Of a DNA stretch of 62,521 nucleotides, positions 61,015 through 62,521 are shown piece after piece. The stretch is taken from contig DASUCM010000009.1 in NCBI GenBank assembly GCA_036276035.1, forward strand, positions 1-62,521, written 5' to 3'. Source of the stretch: Candidatus Limnocylindria bacterium. GTDB lineage: Bacteria; Chloroflexota; Limnocylindria; P2-11E. Numbering within the stretch: the first letter of the stretch is position 1; every line of letters starts with the position of its first letter. Position numbers and translations under genes: made by a program. A model generated the notes under the pieces. It saw only the letters and a program-made list of their open reading frames with translations, was not told the origin of the DNA and did not search any database.

Positions 61015-62521
61015 ATGCGCCCGATCGTCGCCGCGTTCCTCGTGCTCGTCTCCGTCGTCAGCTCGTCGATGGCCGCCGCGCACGGCTCGCTCGCCGGCGA
61101 GGGTGCTCGCGTCGCGCTATCCGCGGCCGCCGCGACCTGCACCTCGTCCGTCGGCCCGGGGATCGCGCCGCCTGCGAGCGTCCCCGCGGGGCTGCCCGGG
61201 TTCCACGCGGCGTGGTACGGGCAGAGCGGCTACCCGACGCTCTGTCCGGGGGACCGCTCGACCGCGGTCGTCGCGTTCTACAACAGCGGCTCGCGCGGCT
61301 GGGTCGGCGGCCGCATGGGCGAGGTCGCGTACCTCGGCACCTGGGGGCCCGAGCCGGGACAGGATCAGGCGAGCGTGCTCGGCGGCGACGGGCAGCGCGG
61401 CTCACCCGCGACGGCGTGGCCGCGCTACGACCGCGTCGCCGTGCAGCCGTCGCCGTATGTCGGGCCCGGTCAGGTCGCGTGGTTCCAGTTCGAGGTGCAG
61501 GCGCCGCTCATCGCGGGCACGTACCGCCTCGGCATCCGCCCGCTCATCGAGGGCGCGACCTGGCTCGAGGACTACGGCGTCTTCTGGTACGTCACGGTGC
61601 TGAACGCGGACGGCACGCCGCCCGCGGTCACCGGCGCCCCGGGCTCGCGGCAGATCGCGTACCGGTCGACCGACCTCGCCTCGGGGACGGCGAAGCTCGC
61701 GGCGGCTGCGGGCGGCGAAGTGACGCTGACACCCGGCGCCCTTTCGGGATCGTGGCAGTCGGACTGGATCGTCCCCGGCTTCGGCTGGTCGCAGCTCATC
61801 CCCTCGTGGAGCGCGGTCACTCCTCACGGCTCGTCGATCAGCGTCGAGATGCAGGCCACACCCGATGGCCGCCGCGAGACCCGCTGGTGGTCGTTCGGCG
61901 AGTGGGCCGATGTTGACACCTATATCGGTCGCAGGTCGCGCGCGGGGCAGTCCGACGGCGACGGCCGCGTGGAGGTGGACACCTTCTTCGCGGGGCTGAC
62001 GGCCATGCGCGCGTACCGCCTGCGCGTGAGCCTGCAGCGCGCGGAGGCCTCCGTCGCGACGCCGCGGCTTCGCGCGATCGGCGCCGTCGTGTCCGACGCG
62101 CCGACCGCGCCGCTCCCGCGCATCCCGAGCGCGCACACGGGCGTCGTGCGCGATCTCGCGGTGCCCCCGCTCTCGCAGGAGGTCCACGCGGGCGAGTACC
62201 CGCAGTACGACGGAGGCGGTGAGGCCTGGTGCAGCCCGACCTCGACCGCGATGGTCATGGGCTACTGGGGCGTGGCGCCGCCCGCGCCGGAGCTCGCGCA
62301 GATCCCGTATGCCGACCCGCAGGTCGATCACGCGGCCCGGTACACCTACGACGCGAGCTACCGGGGCACGGGCAACTGGCCGTTCAACACCGCGTACGCG
62401 GCGCGCTACGGTCTGCGCGCGTTCGTCACGCAGCTGCGTTCGCTCGGCGAGGCGGAGGCGTTCATCGCCGCGGGCATCCCGCTCGTCGCGTCGATCACCG
62501 TGGGACCGAACGCGCTGCCGG
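61015..62521 (+). CDS. secreted protein: NBR1-Ig-like module (paralogous to 51544..52863), middle domain and peptidase-C39-like domain; 3' end outside the window
   Basis: I translated this frame by hand: 502 codons with no stop to the window edge, so it is absent from the track. MRPIVAAFLVLVSVVSSSMAAA signal peptide. ..FHAAWYGQSGY..GTYRLGIRPLIEGATWLEDYG... ..GGGEAWCSPTSTAMVMGYWG.. (papain-like Cys context). Confidence 0.75.
   Translation, partial: MRPIVAAFLVLVSVVSSSMAAAHGSLAGEGARVALSAAAATCTSSVGPGIAPPASVPAGLPGFHAAWYGQSGYPTLCPGDRSTAVVAFYNSGSRGWVGGRMGEVAYLGTWGPEPGQDQASVLGGDGQRGSPATAWPRYDRVAVQPSPYVGPGQVAWFQFEVQAPLIAGTYRLGIRPLIEGATWLEDYGVFWYVTVLNADGTPPAVTGAPGSRQIAYRSTDLASGTAKLAAAAGGEVTLTPGALSGSWQSDWIVPGFGWSQLIPSWSAVTPHGSSISVEMQATPDGRRETRWWSFGEWADVDTYIGRRSRAGQSDGDGRVEVDTFFAGLTAMRAYRLRVSLQRAEASVATPRLRAIGAVVSDAPTAPLPRIPSAHTGVVRDLAVPPLSQEVHAGEYPQYDGGGEAWCSPTSTAMVMGYWGVAPPAPELAQIPYADPQVDHAARYTYDASYRGTGNWPFNTAYAARYGLRAFVTQLRSLGEAEAFIAAGIPLVASITVGPNALP
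61137..61614. repeat. dispersed paralogous segment, copy 2 (partner at 51660-52137)
   Basis: See copy 1. By eye, protein-level identity is roughly three quarters over about 160 residues. Confidence 0.85.

Overview
This is a 62.5-kb, very GC-rich chromosomal segment; hand-sampled 60-nt lines are mostly about 68-80% G+C. I cannot name the organism. Three things point to a monoderm/Terrabacteria-type lineage (Actinomycetota- or Chloroflexota-like): a coproporphyrin-type heme operon with chdC/hemQ, a split cytochrome b6 carrying the haem-ci cysteine, and a mycobacterial Sdh1-type membrane anchor. The segment is densely packed with about 65 protein-coding genes, almost all housekeeping. TCA cycle genes are sucCD, sdhCAB, mdh, an NAD-IDH-type icd and a short-form aconitase. 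Respiration is represented by a Rieske/cytochrome b6 complex operon. An eight-gene heme operon runs hemA-hemC-hemD-hemB-hemL-chdC-hemE-cpfC. There is an OpuC-type compatible-solute ABC transporter. Signalling proteins include three class-III nucleotidyl cyclases (two fused to STAND/AAA+TPR modules), a GAF/HD-GYP/GAF/GGDEF protein and a stand-alone cNMP-binding-like protein. The rest are secreted hydrolases, MFS/LysE exporters and small ORFs. I recognised no rRNA, tRNA, CRISPR array, transposase, integrase or obvious defence system. The observations most worth a second look are: (1) the Rieske/cyt b6 operon is led by a GltD-like NAD(P)H flavo-FeS protein fused to a 2x[4Fe-4S] ferredoxin module and ends in an unlisted 36-aa TM peptide; (2) three genes whose recognisable N-termini have no canonical start but begin at a CTG embedded in a CTGA stop/start overlap; (3) a divergent HprK/PEPCK-superfamily P-loop protein at the end of a merR-like/M20/MFS unit, whose 3' end is duplicated as a 31-bp perfect direct repeat; (4) a cyclase-AAA/TPR gene split at a GTGA junction; (5) a roughly 480-bp paralogous N-terminal module shared by two different secreted hydrolases. 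Long Arg/Ala/Pro/Gly-rich ORFs in the six-frame track that lie antisense or out of frame to these genes are treated as GC-driven artefacts.
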